Assembly: GCA_951406725.2 (NCBI GenBank)
Contig: OX597814.1
Location: 112,034,001-112,098,000 of the forward strand
Reading direction: 5' to 3'
DNA from: Octopus vulgaris
Taxonomy: Eukaryota
DNA length: 64,000 nucleotides
Shown: positions 27,877 through 42,435 of the stretch, piece by piece
Layout: every line of letters starts with the position of its first letter
Numbering within the stretch: position 1 is the first letter of the stretch
Position numbers and translations under genes: made by a program
The notes under the pieces: model-generated
The model's database searches: none
What the model was told of the DNA's origin: nothing
Seen by the model: the letters and a program-made list of their open reading frames with translations, nothing else

Positions 27877-28329
27877 TGGAACTTAAGAATAACAAAAAAG
27901 AAAAAAAGAACAAAAGTTACAACAACGACTGAATTAGTTCTGATGACGTTGGGGACCACGAAGTAATGGGTTAATCCATCCCTTTCGTTTATCTCACACA
28001 CACACAAACACAGAAAACACGTCTAAATACACAAACACACACATAAGTGTGTATGTATGTATGTATGTATGTATGTATGTATATATGTACATATATATTT
28101 ATACACATATACACACACATACAGGTAGACAGACAAGCGAGTTAATACATTATTTCCAACCCCTTACAATCACCACCACCACCAACACCACCAGCACCAC
28201 AACCACCACCAGCACCAGCACCACCACCACCACCGCCATTTCCCCCGATCCCTCATCTGTACCCTAAGTTCTATCAGCAGTGCTGACATCTCTGTTCCCT
28301 CTTTGGGCTTATCCTCTGATACGACAATT

Positions 28330-28900
28330 CCAAAATGACTATTCGTCAACTCGGTGTTGTAGATAGTGTCCTACAAGCTATGGAACTCTCTCTCTGCTAG
28401 CATGTTGACAAACTGAGAGAAATTATAATAGAATTACCAATTGGTCATTTCTTGCACTCTGCTAATGCTGAGGGGTCATCGGAAACATCTGAATGTAGCA
28501 TCCATCGTGGAGCTGATGAGAAAGTCCATATTTCAAACCCATAAAATAAGGATTGTCTCTTATATTGCGAATCTCTTCTTGAGTTCTTTGGAGATACTGG
28601 ATGCTCAAGTATTGCTTCTATCATCGAGCACTTTTCAAGCAGGGCCCCGTTACCCGTTTATGCATCTCTCTGAATCCACTAAGAATATTCTGGAATATTT
28701 GACATCAGAAACTAGTTTGAGCAGGGTGCCATTACCGGTCTTGGACGGTTTGTGGTCAATTACACTGTTGGCCATGAAAATCTCAGATCATTCTCTTAGC
28801 AGAAGGCCCCGAACATCTATAATTTCATTCGACAACAAACCGATGTTAACAGCGACATCTATGGGACAATTGGTCACACGAAGCACTGAAGTCAAATGAT
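28330..28900 (-). pseudogene. RTE-clade LINE RT C-terminal fragment
   Basis: Frame-shifted remnants NIGLLSN, VSDVKY, SISKELKKR, LFYGFEIWT, DGCYIQM match DIALLS, VxDFKYLG, LLYGxETWT, DGCYTRMLR motifs. Confidence 0.75.
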
Positions 28901-29497
28901 TTGAGCTGTGGACTGGTGTTATACAAGACGACATAGTGATCTTTTTCTGGTCTATATCCTCTCTGACAGTGGAGCTTACCATTATTTCAAGAAAGTCTAA
29001 GAATGTTTAATTCCCTAACGTTGACTAGACAAGACTTTATCGATGATATAACATCGAGAAACCCCTGAATTCTATCAATTTTTTTTTATTTTTGAGGATC
29101 TAATTTTAGTTTTGCACCAGGTATGTGTACTTATAAATGCATGAACAGGGACCAAATTTGTCTAGTGGAAAAGCGTAGACCAGAGGTCATTGTACAAAGT
29201 ACGAAAATAACAGAATGTTTTGTCACAGACTTTGTAATTCCTTTAGACAAAGATTACAGAATGAAAAATCGAAAAGATCATAAAGAATAGCGAAATAAAA
29301 GAAGAAAGAATGAATGAAATGTGGGGATGCCCAACTGCAAAAGTGAAAGTCGAATCTTTTATCATCGGATTTTTTGGTTTATTCGCGAAAACAAACATCT
29401 ATCGTACCACCTGGGTCGGTTGGGTATCAAGATATGTCCAAAAATCTTCTCTCTCTCAAATGACTCATGTTTTTTAGATAAGACCTTTCTTCTAAAG

Positions 29498-29758
29498 CAG
29501 TGGTACCCAACCAGGTTTTACCAATGGATCCCTATTTTATTCAACTGGATCCTCTTAGCCATTCCGTGTTGAAAAAAAAATTCTATTATAGTTTGATAAT
29601 TAGGAATTGCATTAAAACATTGTTTAAATAATTTTTATTTTATTGTAGAAGTATAACCTATTTATGCAAACTTTAACAACAAAATCTTACATGGGATCCC
29701 TGAGGGACATATGAACCCCAGTTGAGAAGACATATGAACCCCAGTTGATAAAGCCCTT
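29498..29758. mobile_element. possible hAT (Charlie-like) MITE relic
   Basis: Left end CAGTGGTACCCAACC; right end decayed with a tandem duplication of GACATATGAACCCCAGTTGA. Confidence 0.5.
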
Positions 29759-30897
29759 TGTTGAGTTTCGTTTTGCATTTGGTTTACAAGATTTTTGATG
29801 TGAATTTCTGTGTTGAAATAAATCTTGTCTTGGGAGGGTCATTATGTCAATAATAATAATAAGCATACACACTGGTTCAATATCACTTCTTTATTGTTAG
29901 ACTGATTAAATCGATCGTTTGCTTAATGTGTTGGTTAAACAATCAATCAGTTGCTTGTTTGGCAAAGTCCTTTCGTCGCTATTCGCTATCTCACCAATGA
30001 TATACCCTCATTCTAGTTGGTTAGACTAATAAAGAAGCGATATCTAAACGAACCCACGGGTGAGGGGTTTCTATGAAATTGCTTGGTCTGCTAAAACTAG
30101 CAGCCGAATCTTTCTCAAACCATATCATATCGATCGTTTAAAAAAGGGGCACATTGTACTCATCATCACCACCACCACCACCACCACCACCACCAACAAC
30201 AACACCACCACCACCACCACCACCACCACCACCACCACCACCACCACCACCACCACCACCACCACCGCCAACACCACCGCCATACTACCACAATCACCAC
30301 CGCCAATCACAGACAAACAGATCAATGCATATGTTATTCCAATACTTCACTACTCCATAGGATATAGAAAAGGGATGGTCATGACTGGAACGCCTTCGAT
30401 CATAGATCTGCTCTATCAAGGATGATGTGTTATTGAACAATAAACTGTTATATCTACCCTGGAAGATTACAAGGTAAAGTTGACTTTAATGGGATTCGAA
30501 CCCTGTACCACAAGGACGAAACTAAATACCTCCAGTACGATTCCGCAATATATATAATAATATATATATATATATAATTTATATATATATAAAAGGAATG
30601 CTTAATTGATTTTACTATTTATGGGAAGCTATAGTTAATTAGATCGACCCAAGTACTACCAAGTGGCACTTATTTTATCACTGGTCTCCGTTCAAATCAA
30701 GCCAAAGTCAACGTTACATTTTATCCTCGCAGGGTATGTACTTCTGTCAGGTCACGTGTGTGTGTGTGTATGTGTAAGCGTCTAAGTATTTTAAGCCATT
30801 CACATTTCTATATTTCCGTTTATTGAATGAAAATATTAGAATTACATACGTATATACATACATATATACATACATATATACATACATACAAACATAC

Positions 30898-30928
<31 letters not shown>

Positions 30929-31160
30929 TAGATGGGTGTATATAAATATATATGTATGTGCATGTGTGTGTGTGTATGTGTGTACGCACACACTACATGC
31001 AATAACAACACCAACAGAAAGAAAAAAAGACAAAAAGAAATCAATCAACCCCTACAGATGAACTTTGTGGCAGCGGTGGCGGAGGATGAGGAGGGAGAGG
31101 AGGAAAAGGAGGAGAAGGAAGAGCAACCATACGTAAGGGGAAGTAAGTTATTCTTGTACA

Positions 31161-31215
<55 letters not shown>

Positions 31216-31308
31216 TATTCAAAATATGTGTGTGCATTTATTTTCGATAACGACCCCTTTCCACTGTCCCCTAACACCCACACACACGCACAAACAAAAA
31301 CAACAACA

Positions 31309-31339
<31 letters not shown>

Positions 31340-31796
31340 CAATTATAAGGATTCAATGGATTCATTTTTGAAAATGTGCAATGAGAAATTCTTTTCATTT
31401 GATGCGGTTGCCATTCTAAATGGTTCCTTCTGATAGAAGTCAATGGATTTCTCATAGTGAAGCGTGACTTGCACAGAAATATTACCCTAATATCATCGCA
31501 CGTATACACAGCTCGCAACCTCGCACAATAATCAGTTCGAATACAATTTATAAATATCAAATGTCAAATATGCATATATATATATATACATGCGTGTATA
31601 CATGCAATGTATATACATACATACATACATAGATACATACACATATGTATATATATATATATATGTATATATAAACACGTATATACCTGTGTGTATATGC
31701 ATATATGTGTATGTATCTATGCACGTATATATGTATGCACACATACACATGATTGATATGCATAAAAAATGCATACATATGACATATATATGTATC

Positions 31797-31845
<49 letters not shown>

Positions 31846-31920
31846 CAGACATTCATATATACATATATATATATATATACATATTTGTATGTGTATATAT
31901 GTATTTGTATATGTACATGC

Positions 31921-31951
<31 letters not shown>

Positions 31952-32352
31952 ATATATATATATTCATATGTATATAGATCTTTTCTTGTAAACATTAGCT
32001 CATATAAAAGCTATCTAGTCATCTTCATATCACTATATATTCATATATACACGCAAACGCGCGCCCGCACACACAATCTCACGCTCACACACATATCTAC
32101 GCACATGCATATTCGCATAACATGCATATACATTTACATATGCATATTTTGGGAAATGCAGGAGAAGTGCCTTTATAAAAAGGAGTTCAGAGAACGAGTG
32201 TGTTTGTATTTCCCTTAGAAATCAACAAATATGTACTTGTGAGTTTGCACAAAGATATTGTCATACACAGAACCATAATGCCTTGTATTGAGGACCATAT
32301 ATCTATCTATCTATCTATATATATATATATATATATATATGGTCCCCAATGC

Positions 32353-32386
<34 letters not shown>

Positions 32387-32770
32387 TTATGTAAAGATAC
32401 ATTTAGAAATATGTCTATCCATGAATATACATATATATGCATGTATATATATTTAGAGTATATGTATGTTTGCAGATATGATCATCAATAAATATGTATA
32501 TATCTATAGTATATATATATATATATGTATATATCTATAGTATGTGCATATCTATCGATGGTTGTAACGTGTGGATATGCATCTCTAATAATATGTATAA
32601 GAATGAATATGGATATGTTAATCTATGTAGATGTGTATAGCTATATTATGTGTTTATAGTTGTCTTTTATATCTCTGTCAATCTGTATTAAAGTCAATAT
32701 GAGATAGAAAAAGGCGGCATCACTGCTGATATTGAAACGGTGCACACGTAATGTAACATTGCGCACGCGT

Positions 32771-32806
<36 letters not shown>

Positions 32807-34182
32807 ACACACACACACATACACACATAGTGTTATTGAGATAGGATGGAGAACTATCAACAATGATGGTGATAATAATATCAAGGGCAACATAAATCGC
32901 ATTAGCTCTGAGCCAATGAGAGTGAAGGAGGTGACAAGCGTCACTGAAAGAGCTTCTACGTGGTCACTCGATCTGCTAGACATAACAACCAAATCTTCTT
33001 TAATTTATACCCTAATGTTTTAAAAATATGATAAGGATTCAAATCTGTAAATTAGGGAGCAGACAAATTTGAAAGACGCCTGGTGTAGAGGGGGTATATC
33101 ATTGTTGAGATCGTGAATGGCAGCGAAAGAACTTTGACGAACCTAAATGATTGATTGATTGATTGACTAAACAATTAATCAAGTAATTAAATAAAGAAAT
33201 GAAAGAGAACCAGTGCGTGTTTTTATCATTGGCATAATGGCCCTCCCAAGATACAAAAAGAAAAAGAAATGTTTCAGCATACGAGTTCGCATCAAGAATC
33301 CTGCCAGCCAATACAAAAACATACAAAACACCCTGGATAATGTATTTCTCTCCGTAAGAAACGACGTGATGGTCATGGATAAAATATTTTTGGTCATAGC
33401 TCAGCTCGATCAGGGCTGAGATGGAGTTAAAGAAGATCAACGAAAATAGGATAATAAAATATGAACTCCAGCACATAATTCTTATTTAATCAAATCCCGA
33501 AATGATAAAAAACAAAGCAAAAAACTAATAAAATTGATTTCTGCTGGATTTGAACCCAGACCGCAGTGTAACAGAACAAGCACTGTAAATTATTGTAACA
33601 GACTCCTAACGATTCTGCCAATACACCAATCTTGAGATAAATAATTCGGTCTCGAAGCCAACAGTTTTGAGGCGAAGGGAATTCCTTGATACCATCGGCC
33701 CCACTACTAGAGTCTTACTTTATTTTATCGGCCCCTGGGGGGATGAAAGAGAATGTTGATTCGGTGGGATTAGGAATCAGAACGTTAAAAACCTCGAAGA
33801 AATACCTCAAGACATATTATTCGATGCTCCAACGATTCTGCCATCTCGCCGCTTTAATGTATAACGATGGACTCTCCCGTCGGCAACGACGTATGAACGT
33901 TCAGCTTTTTGACGAACGACCTCCACAAAGGATTTGTTTATAGCGATCAAATGTTCGTAACGCACATTAGCTCACTCTCTCCATCAAATCGACGTTTTTG
34001 CGAACAGGTGCATAGGTGTGCCACGCGTCAGATGTCAAAATGATTGCAGTGAGATGAAGTGACTTGCTCAAGAATACAATGTACCACCCGGTCTAGAAAT
34101 TGAAACGACGATCTTGCTATCGAGAGTGCAACACCTTAACCACTAAAACAAGCGTCCTAGTTTAATAATAATAATAATGAGT

Positions 34183-34525
34183 AGAAGTAGTGGGGGAGCA
34201 TCATAGCCATGTGTTGAGAGGGATTCTTAGGGGTTTGAATAATTCACCTTTGGAAGCATGAGTGTTTCGTTCAACATCCTTAAACAACCCTTATTCAGGG
34301 ACCTTTTGAGCGGGATGGGCTACTCGATCAGAAGAAGATTCTAGTTGGGCCCCACCTGCAAGGTCATGTGCTGTTTATCTTGATATGGGATCACCATGTC
34401 GCGCACATATGGTTGTGATACATGTGCTTGGTGTACCCTTATCGGACGGGTAGTCATGATGGGTATACTGGGCTTCGTATATTTTACCCCAGTGTCACTT
34501 TGATGGCATGCACTGCTCTCTCACT
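34183..34525. mobile_element. family A element, left-truncated, (AAT)n on both sides
   Basis: Aligns with 962-1250 and 51383-51727. Confidence 0.88.
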
Positions 34526-34544
34526 AATAATAATAATAATTAGG

Positions 34545-35003
34545 CACTCTTGTTTGTCCCTTCTATGAGCTGTACTTATGTGATCCTTTCTAACAATTCG
34601 CGTAAGAATCCGACGGTCCCTATCTGAAAGTTTTGGTTTTCTTCCGGACTTTTGTTTCGACGAGGATGATTTTCCATCTTTCTCAAAGGCTGTCATTACT
34701 TTCGAGACAGTACTTTTTGAGATACCAAACATTTCGGCTGTTTTCGTTACGCTAGCGCCTGCCATACGAGCACCAACAATTTGGCCTCTTTGAAAGTCCG
34801 ACAGATCTGTAATTTTAATGAATTTTATTTACATTTTTCTTATGATATCTGGAAAGAAACAGCAAATTTAGCAAAACATATTAAGCAACACTAACAATAA
34901 GTTTAAAAGACATAAAAATAAACAAGCTTTTGACGGTTTTATAGATATTTCAAAATTACGATGCTATGATGCTAGGTGTTTCCATTATTTTGTCCAACAC
35001 CTG
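34545..35003 (-). mobile_element. Tc1-like transposon 5' fragment (TIR plus HTH DNA-binding region)
   Basis: TA-CAGGTGTTGGACAAAATAATGGAAACACC TIR; ORF MAGASVTKTAEMFGISKSTVSKVM...SGRKPKLSDRDRRILTRIVRKD with GRPR-like motif; truncated before the DDE domain. Confidence 0.9.
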
Positions 35004-35253
35004 TATGTGTATATATTTCTATATGTGTTTGTGCCTGTGTTTTCCTTCCCTCCCTACCATCGTTTGACAAGCGATTGTGGTATGTTTACGTCCCCGTAAC
35101 AAAGCGGTTCGACAAAAGCAAACGATAGATTAGGTAACAGGTTTACAAAGAATAAGCCCTGGGGTTGATTACTTTGACTAAAAGGCGGTGCTTCAGCATA
35201 GCCACAGTCAGATGACTGAATCGAATAAAAGAAATAAACACACACACACACAC

Positions 35254-35355
<102 letters not shown>

Positions 35356-36017
35356 CGTATTATATTTCGGAATGGTAATTTTTTCTTGCCAAATAAACAC
35401 ATGTTCTCCACTTGTTTATTATTGTTCATATTTTATGTCCATTGTCTGGAAATGTTATGTCCATTGTCTGGTTACATATCCTGTGACCTCTTCAGTGACT
35501 CTCCATCCCACGTGTTTCCTACTGTTCTGTTTACTCCATTCTGTCTTTCTGTGGTGTGCATCCTTATCTATTTATGTGTTTGCGTCTATATCTGTAACGG
35601 ATATAACAGCAACAACGCCTCCGAACACGCCAGCATTATTCGATGAAGATGGTGTATAGAAATGTTAAAAAATTTTCCTGTACATTGTATGTAAGCTCCA
35701 ATAGTATTTCATGTTAGTCATTTCAAAATATGGGCCTTTTCGAATAAGTAACACAGGATCCACGGCTTCATATTTTAAAATGACTAAACATGAACTGCTA
35801 TTGGAACTTACATACCATGTACAGGAAACTTTTTTTACCACTTCTATACACCACTTTCCTCGAATAGTAGAACTGAACTACAATATCTTTATATATTTTA
35901 TATTTTATTACTACTTTCATTCTCTTATTTCCCTCCATATTCCCCTATCTCCTCCTTTTCCATAATAATTCCTTATTTCTAACTCAAATATTTCCCTCTA
36001 TCTAACCATCTCGCATC

Positions 36018-36065
36018 GTCTCTGATGAAGGGATATCCATAAGATCCCAGAAACAGCTGTAAGGC
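36018..36065 (+). ncRNA. type I hammerhead motif, canonical core
   Basis: GUCU-CUGAUGA-A-GGGAU...AUCCC-A-GAA-ACAGCUGU-A-AGGC; A.A mismatch at the base of helix II. Confidence 0.8.
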
Positions 36066-36156
36066 TATATCTATATATTTTCCTTATAATTGTCCTGAAA
36101 ACTCCCCACAGCCTTGGTTTTGTAACCTCATTTTGTCTAATACACACACACACACA

Positions 36157-36224
<68 letters not shown>

Positions 36225-36249
36225 TATAACCAGTATGTATACGTACATC

Positions 36250-36557
36250 ACCGTGATCACCGTGACCGACCAGACTATCAGATGTTGCTAGACATCGCTA
36301 TTCACAATGCGTTTCGCATTGTTTTAGCCTTCAAATGACGCCACCCCGCTGGCTAAGCGAGCAGGTCAACAGAAGAAAGAGTGAGAGAAAGTTGTGGCGA
36401 AAGAGTACAGCAGGGATCGTCACCACCCTCTGCCGGAGCCTCGTGGAGCTTTAGGTGTTTTCGCTCAATAAACACTCACAACACCCGGTCTGGGAATCGA
36501 AACCGCGATCCTACGACCGCGAGTCCGCTGCCCTAACCACTGGGCCATTGCGCCTCC
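36250..36557 (-). mobile_element. tRNA(Arg)-like SINE family D, tail variant 1
   Basis: Head GGAGGCGCAATGGCCCAGTGGTTAGGGCAGCGGACTCGCGG...GGTTTCGATTCC with A and B boxes; body shared with 39927-40235. Confidence 0.85.
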
Positions 36558-37358
36558 ACGTATACGTACATATATATGTATATTCTCTCGTCTCTGTTGT
36601 ATTCGATGGAAATGATTGCGAGTGTAAGTGTATCAGGCTGTTTAGATGTGAAAACATGTTGCTTCGAACTTGCGTGTTCTGTTTGTTTCTATCATTTTTC
36701 ACTGCGCCATAGATTCAGCCATTCCTTTAATGTTGTTAATAATTTGTATAATGGTAATGTATACAGAGCACTTAACATTATTCTTTGTATTTTGCTGAAC
36801 ACTGAGGAGGTTTAATTTTGTAAAATTATATACTGTTTTCATAATAAATTATGTAATCCTGTCAGTTAATTTATGGAAACACGTGTATATTTTATAAAGT
36901 ATAAGAACTAGGTAGATATGGTGTTTTTACACCTCTTATCACAAGAGAGAACCTTTTTCTCCACGGTAACAGCGATGAATTTGCCCTTAGAAGTTAAATT
37001 ATGTCACAAACAATTTTAACCAAAGTTCGTTTATCCTTCATCACTGTTGACGCTGTTGCTGCTATTTCTATTCGGTCCTGGTGGTCCACGAGCGCAACTC
37101 AGTCACTGATGTTCATTGTTTTTAGACAAAGCGTTGGTTTCGAATCTGCCAGGGTTACCTCTCATAAATATTTCCCATTCAGGAAGGCTAAAGTGTCTGG
37201 GAGCCTGCTTGAAGGAAGCACTGAGCAGATATGGTGCTCTTACACCTTTTATCAAAAGAAAGAGTTTTTTCTCCGCGATAACTGGAGTGAAATTTACCTT
37301 TAGTAGTTGAAATATGCCACAAGCATATTTGAACTAACGTAACGTACGTATATATATA

Positions 37359-38542
37359 CAGGGTGCGTAAGGTATTTGAGAACATATCTTTTTGGGGGTC
37401 ATTGCTGCATTTTTTGCTAACTCTATAATCTGTTTCAGAAAATTATAATGGTAGACCCTCAGTTTACCCAAGAAATGAAGAGGTATGCTGTTATTGGGGT
37501 TAAAAAGGCTGAGCATAGCGATTTAGAAATATCTCGATTTTTAAAAGTTGCCAAATCTTTCGTCTACAAAATTTGTAAGGAGCTAGAAACTGAAGATGGA
37601 AACGTGTCATCAGTATCAAAGCATAAAAAGCATTCTAAACACTCTGAAATCATCAAAACACCCGAATTTATCCAGCAAGTTCAACAGACCATTGATTATA
37701 ATCTCAGAAATTCCGTGAGGTCAACTGCAAAAGATCACCATGTGTCAGAAGGAACAGTCTGAAATGTTGTCCACGAAGACATCAGCTATGTCTTATATGA
37801 TGAGAAAAGGTCAATTTGTCAGAGAAAGCAAAAGAAAATTACTACATCAGATCTAAAACAAACCGAAAAATCCAGCAGATTTAAAAGTTAACAGAAGAAA
37901 TGACAGATGGTTATATGAAGACTCTTCTGAAGTTCTAAGTGTTATGCATACAAAATGCTCTGCAACTGTCATGGTTTTAGGGATTATAAGCAATGAAGGA
38001 CATGTGATACCCCCTTACTTCTTTGCACAAAGCCTTCGAGTTAACTCTGCAGCCTACATTGAGGTCCTGGAAATAATTGTTAAGCCCTGGAAAGACAATG
38101 TATGCAATGGAAGGCCATATGTGTTTCAGTAAGACTCTGTACTATCAGACATGGCTCTAGTAACACAGGAATGGATGGCTGAAAATAATTTTCATGATCA
38201 CATAACCCCTAATATTTGACCTCCTAATTGGACTATTACATGTGGAGCGTAGTTGAGAGAGAGAGGTCAATGAACATGGCCACAACACCAAAGATTCTTT
38301 AAAAGCCCTCCATAGTCAGAGTAATGTCCAAAATGAGCCAGAACCACTTGATTCGAGCATGTAGATGATTTAGATCTCATATAGAAGCAGTTGTTGAAGC
38401 TGAAGGTGGCTTTATTGATTAGCATTATAGAAAATAAGGTTTATTTTTATCCTCAGAGCATTTTTTGATAAATAAAGTTATCTGTTATTATATAGCTCTT
38501 TTTTTTTTTATAAACATAAATCTGTCCTCAAATATCTTATGC

Positions 38543-38548
<6 letters not shown>
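37359..38548 (+). mobile_element. defective Tc1/mariner element with both TIRs, maT/DD37D-like
   Basis: TA-CAGGGTGCGTAAGGTATTTGAGAACA ... TGTCCTCAAATATCTTATGCACCCTA-TA; disrupted transposase (HTH in 37448-37762; VMVLGIISNEG, YVFQ*DS, *PPN motifs). Confidence 0.9.
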
Positions 38549-38620
<72 letters not shown>

Positions 38621-38623
38621 AAT

Positions 38624-38680
<57 letters not shown>

Positions 38681-38804
38681 CATACAGAGTAAACAAGAGA
38701 GACAGAGACAGGCAGAAACACGGAAAATACCCCTTGTATTTGAACACTATGCAAATATTCTTTTTAAAAAAAGTTTTCCAAAATTTAATTGTTTTCCATA
38801 CTTA

Positions 38805-38840
38805 CAGTTGAAAAAGTCTCAATGACTGAAACCGGTACTG
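38805..38840 (+). ncRNA. minimal hammerhead motif, U3:A8 core variant
   Basis: CAG-UUGAAAA-AGUC-UCAAU-GACU-GAA-ACCGGU-A-CUG in an ~200-bp insert (38688-38890) between microsatellites. Confidence 0.78.
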
Positions 38841-38912
38841 AAATGTTTTGTATAAAATTATTTTAGCATTTTCTACCTTGACTTTTTTTCCATACATACA
38901 TACATACATACA

Positions 38913-38986
<74 letters not shown>

Positions 38987-39926
38987 TACATACACGCACA
39001 TTTATATATGTCTGTGTGTATGTGTGTATGTGTGTAAAACAATGCAAGTAAATATGTGACGGAAGGGAATGATGTGAAAAGCAGTTCCTAGCACTACGCA
39101 TGTCTCCAAAGTGTAAAAAAAATGATTTCGATTTGTTTCAAGTGCGTCACTACTTTCTCCATTATTTTCCTACACAGATGTACTTACCGCATACTTTACA
39201 CAAAAAGTTGCTCTGCAATCTGGTGTTTAATTTTGATACGGGATGAAGCGTATCTGATACATTAATTAATAAGTTTCTATTGATTGAATATTGTTTTCTT
39301 TCAGTGTTCTACACAAGCCTTGTATCTGCTAGATGCTGTTCACCATTATCGATTGGATCATGTCATACTAATATATCCGTGAAGGCGCGTGGCTTAGTGG
39401 TTCAGGCATTCGGCTCGCGATCGTAAAGTTGTGAGTTCAATTCTCGGCGACGCGTTGTGTCCTAGATACTTTAATTCACGTTGACAATATATATATGTAT
39501 ATATATATATGTATATATATATGTATATATATATATGTATATATACATACACACACATCCATCCATACACACCCACACATTCATATACAAGCACATATAA
39601 ACATATATGTATGTGTGTATGTATGTATATGTTTATGTGCACATATATACATATATATATGTATGTATATATGCATATGTATACAAGCAAAGTAACTATA
39701 GTTATAAAATATCAAGAGATAAAGCAGCAACTTATACTATGTATATATGTGTGTGTGTGTGTGTACATATATATACATACATATATACACATACACACCA
39801 CATCCAGAACTACCGTACCTCCCTTACGCATAATCTTATTACTCAAGGAGTAGTAGACCCAACACCGTTTGATAATCGGTGTGCATTCAAAGCCAGTGAA
39901 CAGTAATTGACGAAACCGGTAGTATG

Positions 39927-40235
39927 CGGAGGCACATGGCCTACTAGTTTGAGCAGTGGACTCACGGTCGAGGGGTCGCGTGTTCGAATCTCAGACCGGG
40001 TGATGTGTGTGTTTATGAGCGAAACACCTAAGCTCCACACGGCTCCAGCAGAAGGTAACGGCGAACTTCTGCTGACTCTTTCACCACAACTTTCTATCAC
40101 TCTTTCCTCTTGCATCTAGCAGCTCACCTGTGACGGACCGGCGTTCCGTCCAGGTGGGGAACCTATACGCCAATGAAACCGGGAAACCGGCCCTTATGAG
40201 CCACGCATGGCTCGAGAAGGAACAAACAAACAAAT
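39927..40235 (+). mobile_element. SINE family D, tail variant 2 with V-domain-like segment and 12-bp TSD
   Basis: ACCGGTAGTATG at 39915-39926 and 40236-40247; CCTGTGACGGACCGGCGTTCCGTCCAGG resembles the V-SINE domain; (AAAC)n tail. Confidence 0.88.
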
Positions 40236-40462
40236 ACCGGTAGTATGACTTCGAATCCCTAAAACAATTCATAATAATGACTTTTATTCCTCTTAATTCA
40301 ACCTCAGTTCATCTAATCGTAGTTATTTATCGTTACTTTTCATAAGAAAAGCCATTATTTTTTTGATATCCAATGTGCATTTTCGCTTTTCTTCTTACTT
40401 TTCCCATAGCTTTTCCGCGTGTAGTTTCTATTTTCTTTTTGAAGCATATTTCTATTATATAT

Positions 40463-40542
<80 letters not shown>

Positions 40543-41249
40543 ACACATACACATACATATGAGTGTGTGGTATATTACATGTAAAAGCAATGAGGCATAT
40601 AATATAGGCGCTGATATGCAGAAGAAACAAGGATGCACTCGCACACACACATATATTACACAGTAACAAAGACTCACACAAAACAGACTGACGGTAACAC
40701 ACAATATAATACGTATATTGAAAATCACGTGAGAACTAATCAACGACAGACCCTCAAATAAAAGCAAACACATCATTTTAATGTATGAACATCGTACATA
40801 CGGTTTCGTATAGACGCACACACACGTATAGAAACAAACACACACGTATATAAACAGGTAATCATACGCGCACACGCACAGAAACAAACAAACAAGCATC
40901 GACATACGCACAGGCAAACAAACATACATACACGTGTTTACAAACACACGATAACACACACGGACGCGCGCACAGCTACGAGTAATCACTCTCCATTGCA
41001 CAAATACTCAAGCATTCATAATTTTTCAAGAAAACGACAAGAATACATGTGGTATAACCCACCATACGCTAACGAACTACTGTAGCCACACTATTGGCAG
41101 TACGTATAGATGCGTACACACGCACACAAACATACACACACAGCACACACAAACACAATTAAACATTGCAGAAAATAAGATGTTATATAAACATATGTAT
41201 TAATGTATGTGTGTGTGTGTATGTATGTATATATATACATGTATATATT

Positions 41250-41280
<31 letters not shown>

Positions 41281-41311
41281 ATATATACACACATATATAT
41301 ACATACATGCA

Positions 41312-41383
<72 letters not shown>

Positions 41384-41506
41384 CACATATATATATATAC
41401 ACATATATATATATATACATACATACATGCATATATATATATACACAAACACATCCATACACAATTTACCATTACAGAAAATAAGATGTTATGTAAACAT
41501 TTCGAA

Positions 41507-41541
<35 letters not shown>

Positions 41542-42235
41542 GGGAGAAAAGAAAGATAAAAAGAAAGACAGAGAGGAGGAGCAGATAGCTAAGGAAAATG
41601 AATGAAGAAACAACGGTGACCGATTGGGGGTGGGGGGTGGGGGGTGGGGGGTGGAATGCCGAGAAAAACATGTCAAGTAAACTGGAACCCGGAGAGAAGC
41701 GGAAGTGGCTTGCAGTGAAGGTGGAATGAAGAAGCCGAGCGGAAGGAGTGACGTTGGCTTCTATGATCTGTGTGTAAATAAGAACAATATTAAGCAGAAG
41801 TTCATCTATGTCAGCAAGTGATAACACTCATGCTGGATTTTTATTTCAATATGGTGAACTTATTAAAAGAAAAGATGTGGTGTCAAGTCGCTTAAGTTAA
41901 AGTCAATGTGGTGGCTGGCAATCTCCCTCCTTCCATTAACCCGCTCCTCTTTTTTTTTTTCTCTCTCTCTCTCTCTGTCTTTCCCCTTCTCTCTTTCGTT
42001 CCTTTTTTTTTTCTCTATCTTTCACGCAAACATACACACATACAAATACACACAAACATACATACATACATACATACATACATACATACACACATACATA
42101 TATTTGTATTTTGTTATATATATTGTATATACATGCATATATTTATTTATAAAAAATACATGCATATATATATATATACATATATATACACCTATATATA
42201 TATATACGCACACATACATATATATATATATATGA

Positions 42236-42276
<41 letters not shown>

Positions 42277-42359
42277 TATATGCATATATATATGATGTTA
42301 TGCCTAAATACACACACACATATATATATGCATATATATATACATATATATATATATAC

Positions 42360-42393
<34 letters not shown>

Positions 42394-42399
42394 GCATAC

Positions 42400-42435
<36 letters not shown>

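Noticed and set aside
31340-33130. Unique stretches as host exons or promoter (31340-31500, 32830-33130; also 52380-52700, 57640-57810)
   Set aside because: No recognisable protein motif or convincing splice-site pair; a CCAAT box alone is uninformative.
36480-36557. tRNA-Arg gene (also other SINE heads)
   Set aside because: No proper acceptor stem, and it runs directly into a SINE body; these are tRNA-derived heads.
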